DNA of 64,000 nucleotides from Zancudomyces culisetae HAW-14-8 (lineage: Eukaryota > Fungi > Kickxellomycota). The stretch covers positions 806,001 to 870,000 of the forward strand of contig JBNJNM010000007.1 in NCBI GenBank assembly GCA_052426225.1, in the 5' to 3' direction. The translations under genes were made by a program, and so were the position numbers. The notes below the pieces were generated by a model. The model searched no databases. It was given only the letters and a program-made list of their open reading frames with translations, and had not been told where the DNA came from. Below are positions 24,984-35,711 of this stretch, one piece after another. The number at the start of each line of letters is the position of its first letter. Position 1 is the first letter of the stretch.

Positions 24984-27107
24984 TCATGCAGAAAATCCAA
25001 AAATATCATCCAGTTCATCAAACTCTTCTAGTCCAACACTGATGCGGATTAACCACCTACTGACTCCACACTCTGTATTCACAAACTCGAGCTCGTTGTA
25101 GTGGGCCAGTATGGTGTATGCCGAAACCAGGGTAAAATTGGTACCCAAACTAGGTCCCTTGTTACATTTCAGTTTGTTGTAAAATGTAATGGCATCACAT
25201 TCATTGTAGAATTCTACTGAAATCAACCCTCCATTTTTACTAGCAGTATAGCCATTGGTGCATTCGGATTCGGATTCGGATGTACTTGTTTTCCGAATCG
25301 TTTCGTTATAATACTCATTGTTCACTGGGTAGTATACTTGTTTGATCAATCCCGACGTTTTACCTCCGTCTACATCACCACTTCCACCATTGTTGCCATT
25401 GGTTATGTACTTGTTGTAATCTGCCAGTCTTTTGTATACATACTGACCATTTCGGTTTACTCTCTGCATCCGCTCAATGAAGTCTCGGCTGTTGTATTCC
25501 AAAATTGTACAATCCTGTGGGAAAATCATCCTATCCCTTCCAATACCGCTGGTGATGGTACAGTCTTGGAAATATGCCCTGATCTGTTTATTCTTGGTAA
25601 CTACACTTCCACCCATCACATTGGATTTTCCACTAAACCATTTTGTCAAGCTACTAACTACGCTTATATTCTGGTAAATTTTGTCTGCCCCATCCTCACC
25701 ATCATCATTACCTTCACTGCTACCACCATATTGATTTTGGTCTTGGTCTTGGTCTTTTAGAGTAATACACCCGGATCTGTTGAATATAGAACCTAGAATA
25801 TCTACATTGTAGAACGATCCAATCGTATCGTCTACCAATAAGTGGCACCCGCTTGGGTAACACACTTTCCAGTACAGTGCAGGAATACTGACATTGCACT
25901 CCAGCAGCGGATTGTTTGGATGCTCCAACACAATCAGGTCCAGTTTGATACCCCGTGTATAAATCAGTTGTTTTATCATTTCAATAACCACCTTGCCTCT
26001 ATCTTGTTTGTCTACCGCATTACCAAGATCATTGCTATCGACTATTACCTCTCCTATCTCACTACCACCACTAGTACCATTCCCAAGCCTATTAATACTC
26101 ATCTTTTTTGTATTGAAAAAGTATGTTATGCCCCCTTTGCTGCTGTTTAGCTTGGAAAATATTTGGATAGTATCTGTATAACAAAATCCAAATACCATAG
26201 TATTAACAGCTCTACCACTACCACATTTGCTATTGCTATTGCTTCCCTTGGCCAATATTGCTTCATGTACGTTGTATATTCCATTCATTCCATTTGCAAA
26301 TAGGTACACATCATCCTCATTATACGCCTCATGATTGATTATCGATGATATTCTAGACCGAACGACCTGCCCACAGTTTTTTCCATATTCACTACATGTT
26401 TTATTGAGTTTGGCATTATTTGTTGCTTTTCCATTTTCCACAAAACTGATCTTTTCTAGTATGTAGTTTGCATGCCTGCTACTTATTCCTTCTCCACTAT
26501 GTTGCCAAAACTCCTTGGCGTAGCACTCCAGCTCTTCGCTATATATGCTTACATAGACTACAGTGTTTGTATCACCATCACCACTCCCACATTCACATTC
26601 ACAACCCGTACTTGTTTGATTACACGCAATTTTAGAATGTACATTAATATCTGTGGATGACAAAAACAGGCAGGGGCATACCCTAATTACCTTGTTATAC
26701 AACTCTCCAACTTTTTCATCACCACAATCTTCTTGATCATCACTGTCTGTGTTTAATAGTTTGTATCTTGTTTCAATGTATTTTCTGGACTTGTTTGCAC
26801 TAGATAATCTGGGATATATTTTACACAACTTTTTGTTTCCACACCGACCACTTTGGCTCTGATCCTGATTTTGACTCTTGAACTTGCATTTGCTTTCCAG
26901 TGACAGAATTTGTGCTTCCAGGCATCTAATTTTTTCTGCAACGAAAAAACGTGGGTATCCGACTTTCATTTCATTGTTCAGCTTTCCTTCCTCATAATCT
27001 ATATTGTCCTGCCAGTTTGGAAAACACACTGAGATGGCGTATTCATCCCCACATGGGATTTCCTCACATTTTTGGTTGCTTACTTTGACCTGGTGCTGGG
27101 TATCCAT
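24984..27107 (-). CDS. STR2: Cystathionine gamma-synthase, fungal STR2/Met-7 type (PLP-dependent)
   Basis: SVCFPNWQDNIDYEEG..GYPRFF, KEFWQHSGEGISSRHA, PLP-lysine motif SLTKWFSGKSNVMGG, KGPSLGTNFTL..YTILAHYNEL, LIRISVGLEE. Confidence 0.93.
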   Translation of the reverse strand: MDTQHQVKVSNQKCEEIPCGDEYAISVCFPNWQDNIDYEEGKLNNEMKVGYPRFFVAEKIRCLEAQILSLESKCKFKSQNQDQSQSGRCGNKKLCKIYPRLSSANKSRKYIETRYKLLNTDSDDQEDCGDEKVGELYNKVIRVCPCLFLSSTDINVHSKIACNQTSTGCECECGSGDGDTNTVVYVSIYSEELECYAKEFWQHSGEGISSRHANYILEKISFVENGKATNNAKLNKTCSEYGKNCGQVVRSRISSIINHEAYNEDDVYLFANGMNGIYNVHEAILAKGSNSNSKCGSGRAVNTMVFGFCYTDTIQIFSKLNSSKGGITYFFNTKKMSINRLGNGTSGGSEIGEVIVDSNDLGNAVDKQDRGKVVIEMIKQLIYTRGIKLDLIVLEHPNNPLLECNVSIPALYWKVCYPSGCHLLVDDTIGSFYNVDILGSIFNRSGCITLKDQDQDQNQYGGSSEGNDDGEDGADKIYQNISVVSSLTKWFSGKSNVMGGSVVTKNKQIRAYFQDCTITSGIGRDRMIFPQDCTILEYNSRDFIERMQRVNRNGQYVYKRLADYNKYITNGNNGGSGDVDGGKTSGLIKQVYYPVNNEYYNETIRKTSTSESESECTNGYTASKNGGLISVEFYNECDAITFYNKLKCNKGPSLGTNFTLVSAYTILAHYNELEFVNTECGVSRWLIRISVGLEEFDELDDIFGFSA

Positions 27108-27127
27108 TACTTTGCTACCACACTACA

Positions 27128-27176
27128 ATTTTGTTTTTGTTTTTGTTTTTGTATTTGTATTTGTATTTGTATTTGC
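27128..27176. repeat. (TTTTTG)n(TATTTG)n hexamer microsatellite upstream of STR2
   Basis: Direct reading. Confidence 0.85.
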
Positions 27177-28050
27177 AGTTCTTTTATGCCTTGTTATTAA
27201 TTATTATTGATATTATTATTGATATGATCCAACATTCAAGTCAAGGCTTTTATATTATTTCTAATACTTCCAAAATTGAAAAATAAAAGTTAAAACCTAG
27301 TTATTGTACAATTCAACTCTAAAAATATTGGTAACCTTTAATGGTAACAGGTTATTTCAATTTTTTTTTTTTTTTTTTTGTGTTTAGTGTTTATGAATTA
27401 ATCACTCATTTGATCTGGCTTTAATCACAATCCCTTAAAAAAAAAATTTTAATTGTTTTTTTTTTGTTGTACCAATTCACAGAAATTTCAAATTCCTTTG
27501 CACATTTTTCTATCTATCCCTTGTTAATTAATAACAGTTTGAAAAATTAAAAAATTAAACTTTCATGATTATAACATATCATGGTGGGAAAATCTGATAA
27601 CCTCAATCATAACACACACAGCACACAGCACATGGTTCCCAATGTCAGAGTTTTCCTGTTGTTCCAAGCAACTAGAACGTGAATATATGATGTATTTTTA
27701 AAACAGTATGCATGTGCCTAGTGTAAGTGTGTTTCTTGTAACCTGTATATTATTTGCTACGATTATGACTTTTTAAATCTCCTCTTCCCTCCTCTTCCTA
27801 TTACGTCGTTACATAAAAGATACGGCTGAATTCAAGTCTTCCTTTAATTTCTTTAAAAACTTTTATACACCAAAAAAAAAAGCTCTTACACTTCTTGCTT
27901 TTTTACTCAGCCAATACCAAAGACTTGTTTTATTCAATTTTAAAAACGTTTCTTTTTCCTTTACAACCATTTAAATAACATTTAAAATATACTAAACAAA
28001 AAAAAACAAAGCAAAAAAAAGCTGAAAAATTAATTATAGATTCCAAAAGA

Positions 28051-29865
28051 TTATTTAACAAGACCATTATCCTTCAGTAACTGTAAAAACGCTCCACTTT
28101 GATGCATCTTTTGCAACTCTGAATTTCCTCCTATTGACTTGCCCATAACTAAAATGTTTGGAAACGTGTTATGACCAGTCAGTCTCTTTACCGCTTCTTT
28201 GATTTTCGGTGGGTTTTTTGTTTGATCAAGCTCCATTACGTTATAAACCAATCCGTATTTGTTCATATAATATTCCAAAGTCTTTTTGGCGTTCTTGCAA
28301 TGTGGACAATACGACAAACTGAACACGAGCACTTTACTGACAGACATCAAGTCACGCAAGTACTTGTCCGTATCCTTCAATGGATCGGCTTCCATCAAAA
28401 CATTTATCTTGGGCGTCAATGTCTCAATCAACTTGTCGTTCTGTACCAGTTGCTGGATCTTGTCCCTGCCTCCATAAAACACAGTTCCATCAAACAAAAG
28501 TGGAAAACCACTCTGTCCATATCGTTCTTTAAGAATAATTCGCATCACGGGATATTCGATGACGTCCAAAGCAATCTTATGAGTCCCAACCCATTCTTTG
28601 ACTAGATGATCCTTCTTTACCTTTTCAACTATATCTTTGCTAAATTCGTCTTTTTCTTCATATACAAAGCTGAATTTTCCCTCTTTAAGGTACGAGCTCA
28701 ATAGATTCTTAAGCTTGAGTTCCGCCTTCTTCATCACACCCTGATTAACCAATTTCTTTTCCTGTAACTTCTCCAAGACAGATTCGCTCTTATCCAAATC
28801 AGAATAACCTTGTCCTGATACTACCACCGCTCCATCAACCAAAACAAGAGGAAAGGCTTGACTTTCGGTTGTCTTAATATTCAGGTCCTTTTTGATTTCG
28901 ATCGCATCCTCAATAGTTGGAACATCAATTATATGTGGTACTGCTCCATAGCCCTCTTCATACTTGGCAAAGAATTTCTTTTGAGTTGCATACTCGGGGT
29001 CAAAACTGGTCAGGTATATCAAAAATCTGTGCTTTTTTGTCACATCCGCTACTCGTTCCATAGTACTAAATGAATCCTTTCCAAGTTTGTATTGATTGGT
29101 ATTAATTAGTATTTCTTTCTGGTAGTTTTCCAGTGTGCTCTTCACATCCCCTATATAAACTCCCTTGAAAAACACAATAGGCAGTTCATTTACTCCACTT
29201 CTCGCAATTGCCTCCTTTTTGACATTTTCACCATCCTTGTGTTTATCAAGTTGAATCTTGTCAATATTCAGCTGCTTTCCCCTGTCATTGTTGAGTTCTA
29301 CCAACCTGTCATACTCGTCCCGCCCTTCATCCCCCTCCAAAAGCACTGCAAGTTCGTTAAACGTTACAAGCTCGTCCAATTTAACTTCATTATTGTCATA
29401 ACCAACCCCGCTCTTTTTCCGGACCAGTCCCAAATCATAAAGCCTAGTTTCCAGCTCGTTGGTCGATGAAAGCGCCTGAATATACTGCAAGTCGCCAAAC
29501 ATCCTTGCCTTTGTGAATACCACCACTTTGTTTTTCTGTTTGCTAGCAAGATCTCTGTATGCCTTTTTTGGATCCACAACCAAGTAGCGCAGCCCCCGAT
29601 CACTAAATCCATCCAGCACACTTTGGGCCTCTTTCAATGCCGCTGAATGGCTTTTGCCAAACACCACAACGGGATTGTCGTATAGCTCCGCCTTATAATT
29701 CTTGAGGTAAATCTCCTCGAGTTTCTGGTATTTTGGCACAAAGCTCGTGACAAATTCCTCATTATTGCTTCCTATCTTGCGCTTCAAAAAGTACACAGCA
29801 GCAAGTACCAGAATCGTCCACAACACGAATCTTCTTAGCTTTCTGGTTGGTACTGGTTTCATCAT
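28051..29865 (-). CDS. Type II membrane / secretory-pathway glutaredoxin (Grx6/7-like C-terminal domain) with four additional Cys-less Grx-like repeats
   Basis: N-terminal basic segment and hydrophobic anchor (RKLRRFVLWTILVLAAVYFL). C-terminal Grx: VLVFSLSYCPHC...TGHNTFPNILVMGKSIGGNSEL. Upstream segments retain Grx-like motifs (NPVVVFGKS, SGVNELPIVFFKGVYIG, QAFPLVLVDG, YGQSGFPLLFDGTVFYGGRDKI). Confidence 0.88.
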   Translation of the reverse strand: MMKPVPTRKLRRFVLWTILVLAAVYFLKRKIGSNNEEFVTSFVPKYQKLEEIYLKNYKAELYDNPVVVFGKSHSAALKEAQSVLDGFSDRGLRYLVVDPKKAYRDLASKQKNKVVVFTKARMFGDLQYIQALSSTNELETRLYDLGLVRKKSGVGYDNNEVKLDELVTFNELAVLLEGDEGRDEYDRLVELNNDRGKQLNIDKIQLDKHKDGENVKKEAIARSGVNELPIVFFKGVYIGDVKSTLENYQKEILINTNQYKLGKDSFSTMERVADVTKKHRFLIYLTSFDPEYATQKKFFAKYEEGYGAVPHIIDVPTIEDAIEIKKDLNIKTTESQAFPLVLVDGAVVVSGQGYSDLDKSESVLEKLQEKKLVNQGVMKKAELKLKNLLSSYLKEGKFSFVYEEKDEFSKDIVEKVKKDHLVKEWVGTHKIALDVIEYPVMRIILKERYGQSGFPLLFDGTVFYGGRDKIQQLVQNDKLIETLTPKINVLMEADPLKDTDKYLRDLMSVSKVLVFSLSYCPHCKNAKKTLEYYMNKYGLVYNVMELDQTKNPPKIKEAVKRLTGHNTFPNILVMGKSIGGNSELQKMHQSGAFLQLLKDNGLVK

Positions 29866-31825
29866 CCTATTTTTGCTCTCTTCCCTTATTTTCTTATTAC
29901 TCTTTGTATTTGAATTGATACGCGCCCCGAAAAAAAAGACTAGGAGAATTATATACCAAATTACTGTTCTAGATGCATTGAAATTTACTAGCCTTGTAAA
30001 TCCGAGTATACTAAACCCTCAGTTTCCAGTTGTTGTAATTTACCCAAAACCCACGTTGTTTATGATTCTTTTTAGGTCTATTTCCAATTTCGCTATTTTT
30101 ATCCCAGCTTTTCCCAATAGCATTCTTTAATTTTCATTTATTTTAATTTTAAAGTTCTTTTTACTTGAAATCGGGAAAATTCAATGGAATCCAGAGAATG
30201 AACAATGTGGCTAAAAGTCGGCAATTGGCGCAGTTTTGCTGAAAAAAATCATCCAAAATGCAAAAAATGAAAAAGAAAAAAACCCTAAGAATGCAAAGAC
30301 TTTTTATTATTCATACTTCGTTATGCGGCTAGATTATCTGTTAAACAAAAATGTGTCTCGTTTACACTAGCTAGCCAAAACATGCTCTTACCCCGCCACA
30401 GTAAAAAAAAAAATGCAATATCGGAATGATACGTACCGAACGTACTCTGAATCAACAAGTGCAAGACTAAGTAGCTGCCACGTGGATGCAATAAAATGTT
30501 TATACATAATTATCTAAGCTGCCATTTGAAGCGGATCTTTTTTAGTTGTATCTGCTACCCATTCCAGCGAGATTGGGTTATGAAGACGTACACCGGCCAG
30601 TTTAATAGTCAGTACAGTACAGATTATCGATATTAGCGATGGCCCTACTTCCTGGATCATGATACGCAAAACATAAAAATAAACCAAAGTAAAGAAACAA
30701 GACCTGAGGGTGTATGCTGTTCTTTTCTCCGCCGCTTGATGCGAGTTTCGAATCAAACTATGCTCATGTTGGCTCACACTCAACAAGTCGGTCATATCTT
30801 GCTAGTGAACACACCACCATGTTTATTTTATCTATTGTTTTTCGGAATAATTAGTACGTTAAAACAGGTGTTATTTTGCTTATCAATTTGGGGGGTCACA
30901 ACATCTTTAGTAATAAAAAAAAATGCGTTGTGTGTTTGTAAACCAAGTCAATTTTGCAAATCTGACTTGCATATCAATTTTTGACCTAATTTATATACCA
31001 TGTTAGCATGCTTCTTCGTAAGAGAATAAGAATATGACGAAAATTATTTTTCTGTGATATTATTGGCCGCTGTAAACCTGATTGGTCATACCGTTTCAGT
31101 TTCTCTCCCCTCAACCCCTCCACCCCTCCACCGCTCCTGTCCTCCACTCCCCGTTCCCTTCTCCACTCTCACCCCCCCCTTCCCCTACGATAAAATTAGG
31201 TAAACGGTTCTGGTATTTCGCCGCTAATGAAAACTTTCACGCTTTCTAAATGCGAATTTTTCATGCGCTTTTTTTATTTTGGGTTTCCATTATAGCTATA
31301 TAATCTTCGAGTTAAAAAAATCTTTGTTAACATCTTGGGTAAATGTAACGAAATCTGAAAAAACGATTTTTTTTTTGATTTTTTTTTTACAGCTCATTTA
31401 GCTCTAACCAACAATGCATTAATAATACTTTGAAATACAGGTTTATAAATATCAGCTTGGAATTCGAACAGTATATTTTGGCTTTGAGATTGTTACTAGC
31501 CGCGGGAATGTTTATATAGATATCCTATATTACCATATAAAATATTTTGTAATAATTTGAACGAAACCTTTGGAAATTTGATATAGCGAAAACCGACATA
31601 TCGAAGTACAGAGAATGCAGTGGGCGACGGATCCATGAATTCAATAACACTTGAAAGAATAGACAACTGAAAATCCCAAACTCTTTTGCTTGGACTAAAT
31701 CTAACATCTAACAGAAGAGCTTGTATACTGAATATACCTGCTACTCTTCTAATAACACGAATCCTCAGCTTTTGAAGGAAACAGCAAAAAGTTGGAAAAA
31801 AAAAACAACAAAAAGTATAGTAAAA

Positions 31826-32890
31826 ATGCACGACAAAGGAAAAACTAGAGAAATTTTAGAACGCAGCCATACTACCAATGGTACAAGCAGCACCGGCAAT
31901 GGCAAAATCAGCCATACTGGTAAAGGAAGGGAGGACATAAAGAATGGCAAAATGAAAGAAAGTGCGAGCACGGGATTTCATGGTATAGTACAGAGTACGC
32001 TTAATTCCGCAAAGAAAATGGCCTCGGATTTGGTAAACACTAGCAGTAGCGGTGTTGGGCAATTTGTAACAGGTGGAGAAAACAATATTTGTGGTAAAAC
32101 AGAGAGTAACAGCAGTCGGACAAGAAGCGGAAGTGGAAATGGACTAGCTTCAAATGAGCAGCAAGAGTTGTGGCAAAATGCTAGAGGAACTGTAAATATG
32201 AAAGACGGAGGATACACGGATGAAAATACTGAGGACGATAGTCGTATTAGTATTGGAGCGGGAAGTAGTTCTTCGCTAGCTTTTCGAAACACATTGGCCA
32301 AAACACTTCGAGAAAACAACACACCTCAACAAAACCAATTTTCGCATTCCACTCATAACGAAAGCTACGTGAGTAGGAATAGCAGCACCGAGCATCAACA
32401 AGAAGTAGAGAGTGTTACGAGTAGAGCCACAGGGCATAGCAGCGATAAACAGTATATATTGGGTGTCGGGAACAACAATGTTTTCCCAACACGTCAATCG
32501 ACGCAGAACGATGGATACATTGTTCATCAGATCCTAAGTAACCCATCTGGGATGCCGAACCAGCTACACCAAGATAGCACACACCTCAACCATGTGATTT
32601 TACCACACAACCAAGATTTAAGAGGAGAAATGGATGTGGCGTGTTCCGACCCACTCGCTTTTCTGAACACAACTACTTATACTGATGAAATTTATGGAAA
32701 CACAATGGTTCAGTCTGTGCCTGCAAAGCGAAAAATGTCTTCAGAAGACTCATGGTTGGCACATGCAAACCTGATTCTAGAACAGGAGCTGGCACTAACC
32801 GAAGCTTGGTCTCAGGCCTGGACTGCCACATGTAAATCTGGTAAAATAGAGATGGAAGACGGAAAGAGTCAAATCAAATCAAAGATGTAA
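31826..32890 (+). CDS. Uncharacterised, largely disordered Ser/Thr/Gly-rich protein (~354 aa)
   Basis: Long ORF; first in-frame ATG at 31826 in A-rich context (the ORF track start at 31721 is a TTG). No recognised domain. Confidence 0.7.
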   Translation: MHDKGKTREILERSHTTNGTSSTGNGKISHTGKGREDIKNGKMKESASTGFHGIVQSTLNSAKKMASDLVNTSSSGVGQFVTGGENNICGKTESNSSRTRSGSGNGLASNEQQELWQNARGTVNMKDGGYTDENTEDDSRISIGAGSSSSLAFRNTLAKTLRENNTPQQNQFSHSTHNESYVSRNSSTEHQQEVESVTSRATGHSSDKQYILGVGNNNVFPTRQSTQNDGYIVHQILSNPSGMPNQLHQDSTHLNHVILPHNQDLRGEMDVACSDPLAFLNTTTYTDEIYGNTMVQSVPAKRKMSSEDSWLAHANLILEQELALTEAWSQAWTATCKSGKIEMEDGKSQIKSKM

Positions 32891-33154
32891 CGTATAGCAT
32901 ACCACCCTTCTATACCTTTGTTTTTTTGTTTTTGTTTTTATTTTTTGTACTAATCATTGAAACCCTTTCACTTCCAATTTTCATTTATTTATTTAAAACA
33001 AGAACCGCGATGGTAAACCAAAGCAAAACAAAAAAAAAGATAAAAAATAACATAGATCCATCTTGTCCAAATCTTTTGGATTCGTTTTTTTCGACTGATT
33101 TCCAACCTTATTAATCGTACCACCACGCCTTACTGCTATTCCATTTTTGCCTCT

Positions 33155-34200
33155 CTAGACTGAGGTCAGCATTTTCACAAATTCTATAGCGTAAAACGTA
33201 AAATGTAAACAATAATCAAGTCATCAGATTCATCTTGTCACGATGAAAGAACTAAAAATGCTATTATTTAAATAGTCAAGTCTTTACCTTCATAGTTGAT
33301 GTTCTCGTGGTTATCAACCTCAACGCCTTTCAAAAGCTCATCGACCTCAGCGTCTGTCAAACGGTCTCCCAGACTTGTTAAAACATACCGGAGTTCGCCT
33401 ACAGAAATAAATCCGTTTCCTTCTCTATCAAATACCTGGAAGGCCTGTACAAACTCATTGAATGTGGCCTCTGTGGCCGCTGATTTAAATCCTCCTGGGC
33501 GCAGCAATATCTTGAGAAAATCGTCGAAATCAATGCTTTTTCCGTCTAGTAGTGTATTTTAATTGTAATTTTAGCTATGCTGTTCGGTTTGGTAAAAATT
33601 TATCACACGACCGCTAAGTATTCGGTTTTACCATTTGGATCCAGATCCCCCGTAATATCTCGTATTTCGGCTTCAGTAGGGTTTTGTCCGAGAGCTCTCA
33701 GCAATGTTCCCACTGATGACATGGGGACTTTTCCCTCGCCAGTTCTGTCGAACAGTGTAAAGGCTTCTCTATAATCTATTTTGATAGAATCGATACAGTT
33801 GAAAAATGGTTTTGCTAAAATTCCCGTCAGCAGTTATCTCTTTAAAGTTTCAACAAGGCATTCACTTTCAACACCTATTTAAAACCCTGTGACACTCAAA
33901 TAGGTATAAACAACCAAACTTTTATTCCACAATCGCGTTTGTGGAAATTTATGTGCGAATTAAATGTAAAGGACTGGATAGGGAACATATATCACAGGTG
34001 ATGGGTTGTAGTCAATGATTTTCGTAATTAGTTCATTAATAGATTACCTGCTAATTGTTCTTCTGTTGGTGCCTAAAAGAATAAGTGTATTATTGTTACT
34101 TTTTTTTCTCATTATCACATCTACGCATCCTGCTTACACTTCAAAATCAAATGCATTTTTAGTTTTACAACATAATATTCAAACTACTTACAGCTGACAT
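33155..34200 (-). CDS. MLC1: Myosin essential light chain (Cdc4/Mlc1-like EF-hand protein), 5 exons, 154 aa
   Basis: Exons 34200-34192, 34072-34048, 33775-33632, 33545-33288, 33183-33155 with GT-AG introns join in frame: [48 protein letters not shown]...LLRPGGF...[42 protein letters not shown]...[13 protein letters not shown]. Confidence 0.93.
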
Positions 34201-35711
34201 TTTTTTCTCCTTGATTATACCAATGTGTTGGGATTTATAAATCTAGTTTTTATATATCAATTACTGAACACAAAAGTAAAGTAAATAATAATCCACATAA
34301 AAAGTTGTGCATGGAAATAGAATTCCCAAATCCTTTTTTTTTTTGCTTTTTAAAGCTCATTCTTGATATTGAGATTTCCCTACTTTTCTTATTGCAGTAT
34401 TTTGTTGTTTTTTGGTTTTTTCATCCAACCAGCCTCGTAAACCGAATTCCACAACTTTATTTTTAGAGTATAAACTAAATAAATTTGCCGTAGAATGCAT
34501 TCACAATAAACTGTATTAGCCAATAAGCAGACAAAGCCAATTGTTGAACCTTTGCACTGCATTTTCTATATCGCCTCATTTACGTTGCCTTTTATATATT
34601 TTCACATTTATCTGTGTACTTTCTTATAGATGTTGGAGGAGCTCAAATTATTATCCCAGTGTTAACATATTTAGCTACTACACTAGTTCTTGTTGAAATG
34701 CGTATCCGAGAAATTAACCAGGTGAGGAAACTTACCAAGGTTGCAGTTGAGAGTTTGTTTCAAAGATAAAATCCTTTTCCGTATTTTCCATTTCTAGATT
34801 TACCTGTTGATAAAAAACGTTTTAAAGACATTGTTATATCGATATTAAAAATATAATAAAAATAATATTCATTGATGGTTGTATAGTCTACATGGCACAA
34901 AAACATCATTGCACATCCCTTGCCCTTTAGATATTTACCATTGCAAAGAAAAAGGGTCGACAGTTGTATCATACTTGAGCTCCAAAATCAATAGTGTTAA
35001 CGAGTTAGGATTGCATCACCTTTTATATGGCTACTAACCCTCAAACCAACAAGTAAAGGCAAAAAAAAGGAAATAGTAAAGCAAAATTGCTATACTCATG
35101 GGGTTTACAACAAAAACACAAATATCTACATTTCCAAAAACCCGTCAGCGCAGATCAGTCGATAATTGACCGTGTAAAAGTAGTTTCATTCTCTCTTTAT
35201 GCCTACTACTGCCGCCCTAGGTAGTGTGGCCAATAGAAGAGCTCTGCGAAGTAAGCGAGACTCAAGGCCTGTAATATTTTTCCTGTTTTTTGTATAGCTT
35301 GGTCACTTTTTTTTTCTTATATAGTTTTTTGGCTTTAAGGGATTTATTTGAATAATACTTGATATTAGTTTAATTTCAGCTATAGTGTGATTTGCCTTCA
35401 TCAAATTTGCAAACATTTCACATGAAAATCATTATTTTTTTTTGGTAACAATTAGCACACTTGAAATTTGCGACACGGGAAGCTCATCTTTCAAATTACT
35501 TATTTACTAGTGTTTTATATTCAGCATTAAAAACCGAAAATCAAAAACAACGTTAAGCTAATACCACTAGTTTTCTTTATTGTTTTTTGATATTTGTTTG
35601 GTGGGTTTTTGCTTTTAGAGGAATAAAAGAGATATCCAGCCGAAAAGATTGTGAGCGAGATCGTAAAATGACAAGTTGGAATTCTAAATTACCAAACACG
35701 TACAAATTACA

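Noticed and set aside
30618-30670. Resemblance to the U6 snRNA core (TACAGA...ATTAGC.ATGGCCC...GGAT...GA.ACGCAAA)
   Set aside because: The invariant ACAGAGA box is broken, several gaps are needed, and there is no 5' stem or poly-T terminator. Likely chance; an Rfam cmsearch would settle it.
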